A stretch of DNA of 64,000 nucleotides, from contig OZ245365.1 of the NCBI GenBank assembly GCA_965226495.1, forward strand, positions 4,280,563 to 4,344,562, in the 5' to 3' direction. Positions 22,545 through 32,691 of the stretch are shown piece by piece. Each line of letters starts with the position of its first letter. The first letter of the stretch is position 1. Under the pieces are notes generated by a model, which made no database searches, was not told where the DNA came from, and saw only the letters and a list, made by a program, of their open reading frames with translations. Both the position numbers and the translations under genes were made by a program. The stretch comes from Candidatus Marinacidobacterales bacterium. GTDB lineage: Bacteria > Acidobacteriota > Vicinamibacteria > Marinacidobacterales > DATDRI01.

Positions 22545-24656
22545 CTAGGCCTTGTAGATGTTACACATGAGCCCTTTGAGGTTGGTTGCACCCATCCCAG
22601 GGTCGAGGGGCGGCCCATCCATCGTCAGGACATTAATATTGGATTCCTTCCAGCCGTAGTCGGGAGGGCCGGCCTCCGGATACCACCACCCGTACTCCGC
22701 GCTGACGACTCTCGGGTGAATCCCGTCGAAAAGCTTCGCCCGGAACTTGACCTTACCTCTCGGCGATTCGATGTACACCCAGTCTCCATCGCGGATCTTC
22801 CTTTCGCTGGCTGCATCGGGGTGGATCTCCACTAGCGGGTCTCGATGCTTCTTCCTCAAGTACTCGGACTGTCTATGCTCCGACCCGAAGAACTCGAAGA
22901 TCCGGTGTCCGGTGGTAAGTACTAGCGGGTACTGCGAAACGAATTCCGCATCCGCGTTTGGGCTCTCGGGAGGCTCTACGTAGTCCGGCAACGGGTCGTA
23001 TCCCCACTCCTCGTATTGCTTGAGATAGAGCTCCAGTTTCCCAGAGGTGGTCCGGAAACCGTCCCGCTCATGTTTCCTATACGTCATCGGCGACCCGAGA
23101 TACGGCATCTGTTTGAACTGTTTCCACGTGAGGCCGGCGGGCTCGAGGATGTAGTCGAACGAGCCTTCGACGTCGTCCCAAAAGAACTCTTCGAAACCTA
23201 GCTTCTTTCCCAACTCATTCAGAATTTTATGATCGGACCAAGCTTCACCTCGTGGCTCCACTACCTTGTTGCGGGGGAAGACATGACCGTGGATCTTCCA
23301 ATAATCCGCGATATTGTCGTGCTCTAGCCAAGTAGCCGCAGGAAGCACGATGTCCGCAAGCTCGGTCGTGGGTGTCCTGAAGATGTCGGTGGCGACGAAG
23401 AACTCTACCTTTTGCAGGGCATCGTAGACACGGTACGCGTTTTCCCTCGCCGTCAGGAGATTGCTGGCGAACATCACCAAAGCGCGAACTTTGTACGGTT
23501 GTTCTTCGAGTATCGCGTCCCAGACCACATGAGGCGTAATCCGGCTGATGTAGGCGCCGAGCTTGTAGCGATCGCCGCCCAACATCTTGGCTTTTTGCGT
23601 CTCTGGGAGTTTGTCGAAGAAGGAAAAAGTGGCGCGGGGAAGGACCGGAGGAAGACCGAAGATGGCGTTGCCACCGGGGACGTCCAGGTTGCCGGTGAGC
23701 GCGACCATATATAGCAGCGCCCGATCGGCGTCGACGCAATTGACGTTCTGCTCGATCCCAACGCCCCATTGAAGGGCTGCCGGCTTGGTCGTGGCGTAGA
23801 GTCGCGCCGCCTCGATGATCTTCGACGTCGGGACCCATGTGATCCTTTCCACCTCCTCCGGCGGGAATCGCTCGACCCTCTTGGAAAGCTCTTCGAAACC
23901 CACGGTGTACTTCTCAACGAACTCGCGGTCGTATAAGCCCTCCTTGATAATGACGTGGAGCATGCCGAGCGCCAGTGCCGAATCGGTGGCGGGGCGAATT
24001 TGAAGCCAGAGATCGGCGCGCTCGGCCAAACTGTTCCTTCGGGGATCGACGACGATGAGCTTGGCGCCTTTGGCCAACGTGTTAGCCATGTTGATCGCCT
24101 TGTTCTCGTCAGGGTTCGAGATCAAATGGTTGCTTCCCCACGCGAGCACGCACTGGGGGTCGCCGCCATAGTCACAAAGCGGAAGCTCCGTCCCCATGAC
24201 TCGTGATATCGCGACTCTCGGGATGTAGCACATGTGGCCGGGAGACATGATGTTCGGGGTCCCGTAGAGATTGGCCAAGCGATAGAGAAAACGGTGGAAG
24301 TCCCGCCCGGTTCCATGCCCGAAGACGGTGGCCTCGGCGCCCGATTCTGTCTTGACCTGGTCGAGTTTCTCCGCGATACCGGTGAGAGCTTCGTCCCAGG
24401 AGATACGCTCCCACTTCCCTTCTCCTCTCGCCCCGGCGCGCTTCATCGGGTGAAGCAATCGGTCCGGGTGCTCCTGAAGCTCGAAGGACGCGTACGCCTT
24501 GCTACACGTATAGCCTTTGCTGATGGGATGCTCCCAATCGGGCTCGAGTCCGACCGCCTTTCCGTCGTGGACCTTCACATAGACACCGCAACCCCCATGA
24601 CCGCAGGAGCGGCAAACCGTGCGTACTTTCGAAGAGCCCTTATCCATTGAGTTCAC
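22545..24656 (-). CDS. Molybdopterin-dependent oxidoreductase of the MopB superfamily, with an N-terminal 4Fe-4S cysteine cluster
   Basis: CRSCGHGGCGVYVKV Cys cluster and a 703 aa MopB-like body. The exact substrate class (nitrate, formate or other) cannot be assigned from sequence alone. Confidence 0.75.
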   Translation of the reverse strand: MNSMDKGSSKVRTVCRSCGHGGCGVYVKVHDGKAVGLEPDWEHPISKGYTCSKAYASFELQEHPDRLLHPMKRAGARGEGKWERISWDEALTGIAEKLDQVKTESGAEATVFGHGTGRDFHRFLYRLANLYGTPNIMSPGHMCYIPRVAISRVMGTELPLCDYGGDPQCVLAWGSNHLISNPDENKAINMANTLAKGAKLIVVDPRRNSLAERADLWLQIRPATDSALALGMLHVIIKEGLYDREFVEKYTVGFEELSKRVERFPPEEVERITWVPTSKIIEAARLYATTKPAALQWGVGIEQNVNCVDADRALLYMVALTGNLDVPGGNAIFGLPPVLPRATFSFFDKLPETQKAKMLGGDRYKLGAYISRITPHVVWDAILEEQPYKVRALVMFASNLLTARENAYRVYDALQKVEFFVATDIFRTPTTELADIVLPAATWLEHDNIADYWKIHGHVFPRNKVVEPRGEAWSDHKILNELGKKLGFEEFFWDDVEGSFDYILEPAGLTWKQFKQMPYLGSPMTYRKHERDGFRTTSGKLELYLKQYEEWGYDPLPDYVEPPESPNADAEFVSQYPLVLTTGHRIFEFFGSEHRQSEYLRKKHRDPLVEIHPDAASERKIRDGDWVYIESPRGKVKFRAKLFDGIHPRVVSAEYGWWYPEAGPPDYGWKESNINVLTMDGPPLDPGMGATNLKGLMCNIYKA

Positions 24657-24672
24657 TCGTCGTCACTGGTCA

Positions 24673-26196
24673 TCACTGTTTTGGCGGTCTTTTCTCTTGC
24701 TCACCTGTTGAATCTGATGCACCCTGACCAATATAGCCGAGCGCTTCCAATCGGCGTCGGGTTTTTTCGTCCAGCTGCAACTCGTTCTCCGTGTACGTTT
24801 GCATAGCCGACGCCTCGCATCGGGCCAACCAGGATTGTGCGAAGTCTATCATCTTCGCGGCCAGCTCAGGTTTGGCCGCGCTTACGTCTTCGCTCTCGCC
24901 TGGGTCGCGTCCCAGATCATAAAGCTCGAGGGATTCTGTCTCCGCATTCCAGATGCCCTTCCATTCTCGCTGGCGAATCGCCAGGTTGAGATCCCCCCGA
25001 TTTTCTTTGTGGGGTCGGTAGTACTTTTTCCTGTTGTGGCGCATCGCGGTCACGCGCATCGAGTTCTCGTCGGCGCCGCCTTCGGGCGTCTCTTGAATCA
25101 GGGGGAGCAAACTCCGTCCTCGAAAGCCATCTGCCAGCTCGGTACCGCCCAGGTACTCAACGATGGTGGGCGCGACGTCCAGCAGCGCCACGGGATGCGA
25201 CACACGCGTGCCGGCGAACTCGTTGCCAGGAAAACGAATGACGAGCGGCACGCGAATGAGCTCTTGATAGACGGATTGATCGTGCTGCCAACTTCCGTGC
25301 TCGCCCAGTTCTTCACCATGGTCGGCGAGCACAACGAACAGTGTGTTATCCCAGACTCCGGCTTCCTCTAGAGCACGGACGATGCCTCCCAGCCGGTCGT
25401 CGGCCTCGGCTACCGTGGCGTCATAAAGCACATCGATTCGAGGTCCGAGCGCCTTCAAGCGCCGAGCGAGCTCGTCCTGTTTCGCGGTGTTGTCGACCGT
25501 ACCGAGCGCACGCCTCTCGTCGTAGTCGATGCGCGTCAGGCGGCGGTAGAGTCGATACGCCTTCTCCACCTCCTGGCGAGTTTCCCGCGACGCTTCCCCG
25601 AATCGTTCGACGAAAGTCTGATCGGCCCGATACGGATTGTGAGGCTCGGTGTTGTGAATGTAGAGAAAAAAGGGTTCGACTGGCCCGGGATCGAATGTAC
25701 CTAGCCAGGCATTCACAGCCTCGTCATCCACCTGCATATCCATAGCCTGAGCGACGTCATACCCCCGCTCGAGCCCGCTCAACGTCCCTCCGTACGGGTT
25801 GGCGAAGAATGACGCCGTGTTGTAACCCGCCTGCCCGAGTCTCATCGGTAAGGTGCGGGCAGTCGCCGCCACCTTGTCTCCGTCAATTAGAACGTTGTGC
25901 TCACAAGGCAAGGCGGAGAGAAAGAGAGAGACAACCGAGGGAAGCGTCCAAGGAGCGGGAGCGCTCGCGTCCTCGAAGAGGACTCCGTCCGAAACGAGGG
26001 AGTCGATGTACGGAGAGGTGGGCTTGGCGTATCCGTAGGCGCCGAGACGATCCGCCCGCAGCGTGTCGATTAAGAAAATGACGACGTTCGGAGTGCGAGA
26101 GGGAGTGACCGCTCCATCCCGGGGGGGGTCGGTGGTACCACACGCAAAGGCGAATAGTGCGATGCCAAAAGCTAGTCCGAAGATTCGTTTCCCCAT
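24673..26196 (-). CDS. Secreted alkaline-phosphatase-superfamily hydrolase, sulfatase / NPP-like, with a Thr rather than a Cys nucleophile motif
   Basis: Lipoprotein-like signal, PNVVIFLIDTLRADRLGAYGY, and W-T-L-P-S-V where sulfatases have C-x-P-S-R. This aligns better to the NPP TKTFPNH segment. It lies 16 nt upstream of the Mo-oxidoreductase on the same strand. Confidence 0.65.
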   Translation of the reverse strand: MGKRIFGLAFGIALFAFACGTTDPPRDGAVTPSRTPNVVIFLIDTLRADRLGAYGYAKPTSPYIDSLVSDGVLFEDASAPAPWTLPSVVSLFLSALPCEHNVLIDGDKVAATARTLPMRLGQAGYNTASFFANPYGGTLSGLERGYDVAQAMDMQVDDEAVNAWLGTFDPGPVEPFFLYIHNTEPHNPYRADQTFVERFGEASRETRQEVEKAYRLYRRLTRIDYDERRALGTVDNTAKQDELARRLKALGPRIDVLYDATVAEADDRLGGIVRALEEAGVWDNTLFVVLADHGEELGEHGSWQHDQSVYQELIRVPLVIRFPGNEFAGTRVSHPVALLDVAPTIVEYLGGTELADGFRGRSLLPLIQETPEGGADENSMRVTAMRHNRKKYYRPHKENRGDLNLAIRQREWKGIWNAETESLELYDLGRDPGESEDVSAAKPELAAKMIDFAQSWLARCEASAMQTYTENELQLDEKTRRRLEALGYIGQGASDSTGEQEKRPPKQ

Positions 26197-26250
26197 CCAG
26201 TACCCGCCGTCAATCTACACGGCCAGCCGTGGGGCGTTCAAACGGGAAAT

Positions 26251-26886
26251 CTAGTGTCGGCTCTCGGCCCACGCCTTCCAACTCTCGGACACTTGCGGCA
26301 CACTCAGGAGTCGGCTCGCCTCGCCCCGGTCCCGCGTTAGAATGCGGAACACGTCCCCAATGGTGAGGCCATGGTCGGGCCGTGTGACCACTCGTATCTC
26401 ATCACCCGCGCCCAGTTCTCCCTCCTCGCGGATACGCAGATACGTACCCGGCCGCCCGGCGGCGACAAAGCGGCGTGGAAAGAGCGAGTCTCCCATACGG
26501 TGGGCGAGCTTCCAGCAGGGCACACGGGGATCGGAGACTTCGAGCAAGACGCTACCCACTTCCCAGCGTTCGCCGACTACGGCGTTCGTGATATCGATTC
26601 CCTCGGTGGTGAGGTTTTCCCCAAACTCGCCGACCTCGAGCGGGCGGCCGATCTGCGACTCCCACCATTCCTGGTCTTCGACCGCGTAGGCATAAACCGC
26701 CTTGTCTGCACCACCGTGAACCCTTCGGTCGGCTTGATCGTCCCCTTGGAGATTGACGCCCTGTACCCGCACTCGACCCGGTACCGGATGCTTCCAAATG
26801 GCACTCGTGGCACGCTGGCCTCGGTGATCGAACTCACGAACGCCGCCCACATTCACGGAACGCACTTGACCCGTCGCGTAGATCAT
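26251..26886 (-). CDS. MOSC domain-containing protein (YiiM-like)
   Basis: MOSC beta-barrel signature, including the conserved Cys in SDPRVPCWKLAH. Confidence 0.8.
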   Translation of the reverse strand: MIYATGQVRSVNVGGVREFDHRGQRATSAIWKHPVPGRVRVQGVNLQGDDQADRRVHGGADKAVYAYAVEDQEWWESQIGRPLEVGEFGENLTTEGIDITNAVVGERWEVGSVLLEVSDPRVPCWKLAHRMGDSLFPRRFVAAGRPGTYLRIREEGELGAGDEIRVVTRPDHGLTIGDVFRILTRDRGEASRLLSVPQVSESWKAWAESRH

Positions 26887-26957
26887 TTCTCACCTCCTTA
26901 CAGTATAGCCCTTGGCGGCGGCCCCGAATCGGGGACCGCCGCACGCGCTACTCCGGC

Positions 26958-27981
26958 TCACGTGCCGGACTTCACATTCCTGGCGAGGAAATCGCGAATC
27001 AGACTAGTAATGAGGGCTCCATCTTCCTCGAGCGCGAAGTGACCGGTATCGATGAGATGAAACTCCAGGTTCTCGAGGTCGCGCTTGTAGGGGTGGGCAC
27101 CTTCCGCTGGAAAGATCGGGTCGTTCTTTCCCCAAGTAATGAGGGTCGGTGGCTGATACTTGCGGAAGTACGCCTGCCACTCGGGATAGAGAGGCGGGTT
27201 GGTTCCATAGTCGTAGAACATGGCGAGCTGTTCCATAGTCGTAGAACATGGCGAGCTGAATCTCTTGGTTGCCCTCTCGATCCAAGAGACGTTGATCGAT
27301 GTGCCAGTTGTCGGGGCTGATGGTCTCGACGTTGCGGATGCCGTGCGTGTACTGCCACTTGGTCGCGTCGATGGTGAGAAGTCCCCGGAGCTTGTCGCCG
27401 TTCTCAGCTGTCTTGTCTTGCCAATACGCCTTGATGGGATCCCAGAACTCCAGCAAGCCCTCGTCATAGGCGTTTCCATTCTGGATGAGGAGTGTATCCA
27501 CCCGCTCGGGGTGTTTGGCGGCCAGGCGAAAACCGATCGGTGCACCGTAGTCCATGAGGTACAGACTATAGGAGTCGAGGCCGAGCTCGACGGTAAGTTT
27601 CTCGACGACATCGGCCATTCGGTCGAAGGTGTAGTCGAACTCATCGACCGACGGCATGGGGCTGTTCCCATACCCGGGGTAGTCAGGCGCCACGACGTGG
27701 TAGCGATCCGCCAAGGCGGGAATCAGGTTCCTGAACATATGAGAAGACGTGGGGAACCCGTGCAGCAGCAACACCGTGGGCGCGTCGGCAGGACCCGCCT
27801 CGCGGTAAAAGATGTCGAGCCCATCGATGGCGACGGTCTTGTACAAGACGCGAGCGACGTCGGTGGTGTCGAGTGACTCGGCCCGAGTGCGGGTAGTTGA
27901 CGAGAGTGCGACGATCCCCGCCGACACCATAACGGTGGCGAGAAGGGTTGCGATCCTCGTTCGCGAAAGTATTCGTTTCAT
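26958..27981 (-). pseudogene. Secreted alpha/beta-fold hydrolase, frameshifted by a perfect 28-bp tandem duplication
   Basis: The N-terminal part (signal peptide, [10 protein letters not shown], nucleophile-elbow region) is in the frame of ORF 27004..28242. The C-terminal part ([38 protein letters not shown]) is in the frame of ORF 26958..27671. Both frames contain [11 protein letters not shown] because the unit 27202-27229 is repeated exactly at 27230-27257. Confidence 0.75.
27202..27257. repeat. Perfect 28-bp direct tandem duplication (ttccatagtcgtagaacatggcgagctg x2) inside the alpha/beta hydrolase gene
   Basis: Read directly from the sequence. 28 is not a multiple of 3. Confidence 0.9.
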
Positions 27982-28012
27982 GACCTTTCTCCTTTCAAAA
28001 CCGGGCCGCTTT

Positions 28013-29047
28013 TCACGCCGCCCATGGTAAAAGCACCAGGTTTCCCTTGACTTGGTTTGCTGCAATGAGCCGGTGGGCCTCCGCGGCCTCGCGCAAGGGA
28101 AGTACGCGATCGAGAACGGGCCGGATATGACCCGCTCGCACCTGCTCGATCCCCCACCGATAGTCGGCGACGTCGCCAGACACCGTTCCGCGCAGTTGCT
28201 TCTGGGGGAAGAAAAAGCTCCTGACATTGAAAGTCGCCTCATGGCCCGTTACGAATCCAGCAACAACCACGATGCCGCGGAGCTTGACGGCCGCGGCGGA
28301 CTGAGCCACGAAATCCCCGCCCAAGTAGTCAACGGCCACGTCGACTCCCCGGCCATCCGTCCACTGCCGAACTCGCTCGACAAGGTTTTCCTTGAGCGTG
28401 TCGATGACGAGGTCGGCACCGAGAGTCTCCGCAAACTCGCCTTTGGCGTCGTCGCGGACCGTCGTCGCCACTTCCGCTCCCAAAGCCTTGGCCACTTGGA
28501 TGGCGAGAGTGCCGGTAACGGAGGACCCGGCGGTGATCAGCACACGGTCTCCCTCCTTCACTTCCCCGACGACTCTCACGGCACGGACTCCGGCTGGCAT
28601 CACGGTCGGGAGGGTTGCTAATTCTTCGGGCGAGAGGCCGCTGTCGTCCCTGAGGGTCCAGCGGGCAGGCACTCTGATGAATTGGGCGTAGGTGCCCCAG
28701 GCTCCCATTCCCGTGAGGCGCCAGCTGGGCGCCGAAGCCATCGGCGAAGCGTCGACGTTTTCTTCCTCCGTGGGGTAACCGGACATCGGTACCACCCGGT
28801 CCCCGATCTCGAACCCGTCGACGCCTTCGCCGATGTCCGCCACTTCCCCGACCGCGTCCGACCCCAAGACGTGAGGCATCGGAATGTCTTGGGTGACCGA
28901 ACCCTCGCGCAGATAGTGGTCCAGGCGGTTGACGCCGGCGGCGAGGATCTTGACCAAGACGTGGCCCGGCCCCGGACGAGGAGTTTCGACGTCCTCGTAG
29001 CGAAGCACTTCGGGCCCTCCGAACTTCCGCATGACCGCGGCTTTCAT
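28013..29047 (-). CDS. Zinc-type alcohol dehydrogenase / NADPH:quinone oxidoreductase of the MDR family
   Basis: [15 protein letters not shown]...GVNRLD, a Rossmann GxGxxG-like segment, 344 aa. Confidence 0.85.
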   Translation of the reverse strand: MKAAVMRKFGGPEVLRYEDVETPRPGPGHVLVKILAAGVNRLDHYLREGSVTQDIPMPHVLGSDAVGEVADIGEGVDGFEIGDRVVPMSGYPTEEENVDASPMASAPSWRLTGMGAWGTYAQFIRVPARWTLRDDSGLSPEELATLPTVMPAGVRAVRVVGEVKEGDRVLITAGSSVTGTLAIQVAKALGAEVATTVRDDAKGEFAETLGADLVIDTLKENLVERVRQWTDGRGVDVAVDYLGGDFVAQSAAAVKLRGIVVVAGFVTGHEATFNVRSFFFPQKQLRGTVSGDVADYRWGIEQVRAGHIRPVLDRVLPLREAAEAHRLIAANQVKGNLVLLPWAA

Positions 29048-29175
29048 TCCTGATTACCTCCGTACCGAAGAACTCTGTTGCTGTCCCACGGTCGTCATAT
29101 AGGCAATGGTTGTGCCCGATCGATCATCTGGCGTAACTAACTGATACCACTAGGATTGGGTCGGTAGCCACGCAG

Positions 29176-29235
29176 GCGAAATCTCGCGGATCAGCGAGAT
29201 TTCGCGTTGACAGGGCGCGAGATCTCGCGCATACT
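29176..29235 (+). promoter_or_regulatory. Candidate promoter-operator: a 12-bp inverted repeat, then TTGACA, a 17-bp spacer that is itself a 14-bp perfect palindrome, then CATACT
   Basis: The inverted repeat is GCGAAATCTCGC (29176-29187) / GCGAGATTTCGC (29194-29205). TTGACA is at 29207-29212. The palindrome CGCGAGATCTCGCG is at 29216-29229. CATACT is at 29230-29235, immediately upstream of the regulator ORF at 29243. Confidence 0.4.
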
Positions 29236-29242
29236 CTGAACC

Positions 29243-30886
29243 GTGACAGACAGAGGCCGCGGCGATGGGTCGGAGTTCGAATCGCTCAAGCAGATCCTCC
29301 TCGACATGGCTCACGAGCGCTCGTTGCCCGCTCTCTTGAGTCTTCTCGCTGAGCGGTTGCGGAATCTGCGAGAGGTTGCTCTCGCCCGCATCTGGTTGAT
29401 CCGGCCCGGCGACCTGTGTGCTACTTGCCCGGCCCGACCGGAGTGCCCAGACCAAACCCGTTGCCTACACCTCGTCGCCAGCGCCGCCCGCCAAATAAAC
29501 CCGGACAGCGGAACCGATTGGTTCCGAATGGATGGGTCCTACCGCCGGTTCCCCCTAGGAATTCGGCATATCGGAAATATCGGAGCGACAGGCGAGCCTC
29601 TGTCGCTGGATGACACCGCCGCCGACCACGAATGGTTTGCTCGCGGCGATTGGCTGAAGAAGGAGGGCGTCAAGAGCTTCGCTGGGCAGCCCCTGATATT
29701 CCGAAGCGAGATTCTAGGAGTCCTGGGTGTCTTCCGGCGTGCCCGCTTCGACGATCAGGAGTTCATGTGGTTGCGCGCCTTCGCCGACCACGCCGCCGCC
29801 GCCATCGCCAACGCGCGCGCCTTCGAAGAGATCGAAAGTCTCAAAAAACAGGTCGAGCTGGAAAACGAGTATCTTCTGGAGGAGGTCAAAGCCGCACACG
29901 CCTTTGGACACCTCGTAGGATCGAGCCCGCCGCTCCTCCGAGTCATCGAGCAGATCGAGATGGTCGCACCGACCGATAGCAGCGTATTGATACTGGGTGA
30001 GTCAGGCACCGGAAAGGAGTTGATCGCCCGGGCCATTCACGACCGAAGCAAACGGAGTGGGCGCCCGATGGTCAAGGTCAACTGCGGGGCAATCCCCAAA
30101 GAGCTGTTCGAGAGCGAGTTCTTCGGACACGTGAGGGGTGCGTTCACGGGGGCGTTGCAAGATCGAGTGGGCCGCTTTCAACTCGCCGACCACGGGACGT
30201 TGTTTCTAGACGAGGTTGCCGAAATTCCGTTGGACCTTCAGAGCAAATTGTTGAGAGTCTTACAAGAGGGCACGTTCGAGCGCGTGGGCGACACAAGAAC
30301 TCGAAAGGTAGATGTTCGAGTCATCGCCGCGACGAATCGAAGCATGGAAAAAGACGTCACCTCGGGGCGCTTTCGCGAAGACCTGTATTACCGCCTGAAC
30401 GTCTTTCCCATAACTGTCGCTCCGCTCAGAGAGCGCATCGAAGACATTCCCGCGCTCGCTGCGGACTGCCTGCAAAAGGCTTCCAAACGGTTGGGAGTGC
30501 AGCCACCCAAGCTGAAACAGAGCCACGTGCAGACTCTACAGAGTCACGACTGGCCGGGGAACGTGAGAGAGCTGCAGAACGTGATCGAACGCGCGATCAT
30601 TACCGCTCGCTCTGGCGTTCTCAAATTCGACTTGCCCGAGATGGCGGGTCGCGACCGCCAAGATACAGAAACCTCGGGCGGACAGAGGAAAGGGCAAGAG
30701 ATTCTAAAGGATGAGCAGGTCAAGCACCTTGAACGCGAAAACATCCTCGCCGCCCTCGAGCAAACGAGTTGGAAGATTTCGGGAACCGGAAGTACCGCAG
30801 AGGTATTGGGGTTGAGTCCTTCGACCTTGAGGTCCCGTCTCAAGGCGATGGGTATCCATACCGGCCAAACGCGCCGGCGTATGTGA
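29243..30886 (+). CDS. Sigma-54-dependent transcriptional activator of the GAF / AAA+ / Fis-HTH type. The start is uncertain: GTG at 29243 or ATG at 29306.
   Basis: N-terminal GAF domain with a Cys cluster (CATCPARPECPDQTRC), an AAA+ sigma-54 interaction domain (GESGTGKE, GAFTGA, ESEFFGH) and a C-terminal HTH. Confidence 0.88.
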   Translation: MTDRGRGDGSEFESLKQILLDMAHERSLPALLSLLAERLRNLREVALARIWLIRPGDLCATCPARPECPDQTRCLHLVASAARQINPDSGTDWFRMDGSYRRFPLGIRHIGNIGATGEPLSLDDTAADHEWFARGDWLKKEGVKSFAGQPLIFRSEILGVLGVFRRARFDDQEFMWLRAFADHAAAAIANARAFEEIESLKKQVELENEYLLEEVKAAHAFGHLVGSSPPLLRVIEQIEMVAPTDSSVLILGESGTGKELIARAIHDRSKRSGRPMVKVNCGAIPKELFESEFFGHVRGAFTGALQDRVGRFQLADHGTLFLDEVAEIPLDLQSKLLRVLQEGTFERVGDTRTRKVDVRVIAATNRSMEKDVTSGRFREDLYYRLNVFPITVAPLRERIEDIPALAADCLQKASKRLGVQPPKLKQSHVQTLQSHDWPGNVRELQNVIERAIITARSGVLKFDLPEMAGRDRQDTETSGGQRKGQEILKDEQVKHLERENILAALEQTSWKISGTGSTAEVLGLSPSTLRSRLKAMGIHTGQTRRRM

Positions 30887-30898
30887 CTGGAGTCGACT

Positions 30899-31351
30899 AT
30901 GACGGGTTCATATCTTGCTCAAGATGAGAACTATATGCGCCGCTGCATCGAGCTCGGGCGCGCGGCCTCGACGGAGGGAGAATCCCCTGTCGGGTCGCTC
31001 GTCCTGCGCGACGGGCGTGTCATCGCCGAAGCCAGCGAGGCAACCATGAGGGACTTCGATGTGACCGCGCACGCGGAGATCCTCGCGATCCGCGGAGCCA
31101 CACGCGCCGCCCGTTCTGCCGATTTGAGTGGGTGTACGCTCTATACGAACGTTGAGCCTTGTGTTCTCTGCTCGTACGCGATCCGAAAATCCCGAATCGA
31201 CAGGGTGGTCATTGGCATCCCCGCCGGCGCGTTGGGAGGCCTCAGCTCGAGCTATCCCATCCTCCGCGACGCGGACATTTCATCCTTCGGAGCCCCGCCC
31301 GCCATCACCCAAGGGGTTTTAGCGAGCGAATGCGGAGAAGCTATCTCTTAG
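30899..31351 (+). CDS. Zinc-dependent nucleoside/nucleotide deaminase (TadA / CDA-fold)
   Basis: HAEILAIR and PCVLCSYAI (H-x-E ... PC-x2-C) motifs. Confidence 0.8.
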   Translation: MTGSYLAQDENYMRRCIELGRAASTEGESPVGSLVLRDGRVIAEASEATMRDFDVTAHAEILAIRGATRAARSADLSGCTLYTNVEPCVLCSYAIRKSRIDRVVIGIPAGALGGLSSSYPILRDADISSFGAPPAITQGVLASECGEAIS

Positions 31352-32660
31352 AACGCCGGCTGGGCCGGGAACCGAGTTCCTTGGGTAGGCTGGCGCCAGC
31401 GTTTTTGCCCCCGCCGCTCGCCAAGTCCGCCAGATCGATACCGGTCGCGTTCTTCATTTGCTCGAGCATCACCACCGCGCTCCGGGTGAGGTTCTTGACG
31501 TAGTTGGACATGCCCTCGCCGTCGCCGCCATCGAGAATGGTCAGCTTGTCGATGTGCAAGTTCTCGGCGATGACCCGGGTCACCTTGTCGAGAAGCTCGG
31601 GCAGCATCCGGATGAGAAAAAGCTCCCGCGTGGCGCCATCTTCCCATTGAGCCCGCATCAACTCCACGGCCTCCGCAGTGGCTTTTCCATTTTCGAGAAT
31701 CCTGGCCGCCTTGCCTTGAGCTTCGAGAAGCATCGCCTGGCTCCGAGCCTGTGCGGGGACGACGGTGTCGGCCTGCTCGCGCTGGATGCTGAGCTCGGCG
31801 CGCTTGCTCTCGAGATCGATCTGCTCTTCCGCACGCGCGATGTCGCCGGCGACCTCGGACTTTTGCTCGGCCCGGTTGGTTTTGGCTTGTAAGTCGGCAC
31901 GCTGCACCGCGAGGGCGTTTTCTTCCTTGACGATCACCATGTCGGCCTGGATCTCGGCCTCACGGCCCTTACGTCGTTGCTCGGCCGCCACCTGCCGAGC
32001 TTCGGCATCCGCTTCCGCTTCCGCGATTTGCGCGTCGCGACGGACCACGGCGTTGCGCTGCCGGCCGATCGCTTCCATGTAGCCCTGATCGTCGGAGATG
32101 CTTTGGATCTCGAAGATGTCGAGCACGATGCCGAGTCGGCTCAAATTGGTGCGCGCCCGCTGAGCCACTTGATCGGCAAGCTCGAGCCGTTGCGCGTTTG
32201 CCTCTTCGGGGCTGACCGCGGCCACCACTCCACGAAGCGAGCCTTCGAGAGTCTGCTGTGAGGTCCGAACTATCGCGTCGCTGCCTTTCCCCAAGAAACG
32301 CTCGATGGCGTTTTCCAGTCCCTCCTCCGAGCGTCCGGCAAGCTTGACGTTGGCCCGCGCCTCGATGGTGACTGGAATCATCCCCTTGCACATCGCCTTA
32401 GGAAGACGGAGCTCGATGGGGGTCGTGGTAAGAGAAAGCCGGGCCACCGATTCGAGAAACGGCCACTTGAACCCGCGGCCGCCGCGGAGGACCCGATAGC
32501 CGACCCTCGCGCCGTCCGGCAAGCGGCGCCTTCGGCCGGACAGGATCACGATCTCGTTCGGCTGGCAGATGACGATGTTCGTCTTGATAAATGTAAGCAG
32601 TAGGATTACAGCAAGAACCCCCAGCCCCACTGCAATACCAATAATTTGTGCTTGATCCAT
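31341..32660 (-). CDS. SPFH / band-7 flotillin-like protein
   Basis: N-terminal TM helix, an SPFH domain, and a long Ala/Glu/Gln-rich coiled coil typical of flotillins (YqiK/FloA-like). Confidence 0.82.
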   Translation of the reverse strand: MDQAQIIGIAVGLGVLAVILLLTFIKTNIVICQPNEIVILSGRRRRLPDGARVGYRVLRGGRGFKWPFLESVARLSLTTTPIELRLPKAMCKGMIPVTIEARANVKLAGRSEEGLENAIERFLGKGSDAIVRTSQQTLEGSLRGVVAAVSPEEANAQRLELADQVAQRARTNLSRLGIVLDIFEIQSISDDQGYMEAIGRQRNAVVRRDAQIAEAEADAEARQVAAEQRRKGREAEIQADMVIVKEENALAVQRADLQAKTNRAEQKSEVAGDIARAEEQIDLESKRAELSIQREQADTVVPAQARSQAMLLEAQGKAARILENGKATAEAVELMRAQWEDGATRELFLIRMLPELLDKVTRVIAENLHIDKLTILDGGDGEGMSNYVKNLTRSAVVMLEQMKNATGIDLADLASGGGKNAGASLPKELGSRPSRRSKR

Positions 32661-32691
32661 TGCTCTAACCTCTCGGTGTCGAAACGCACCC

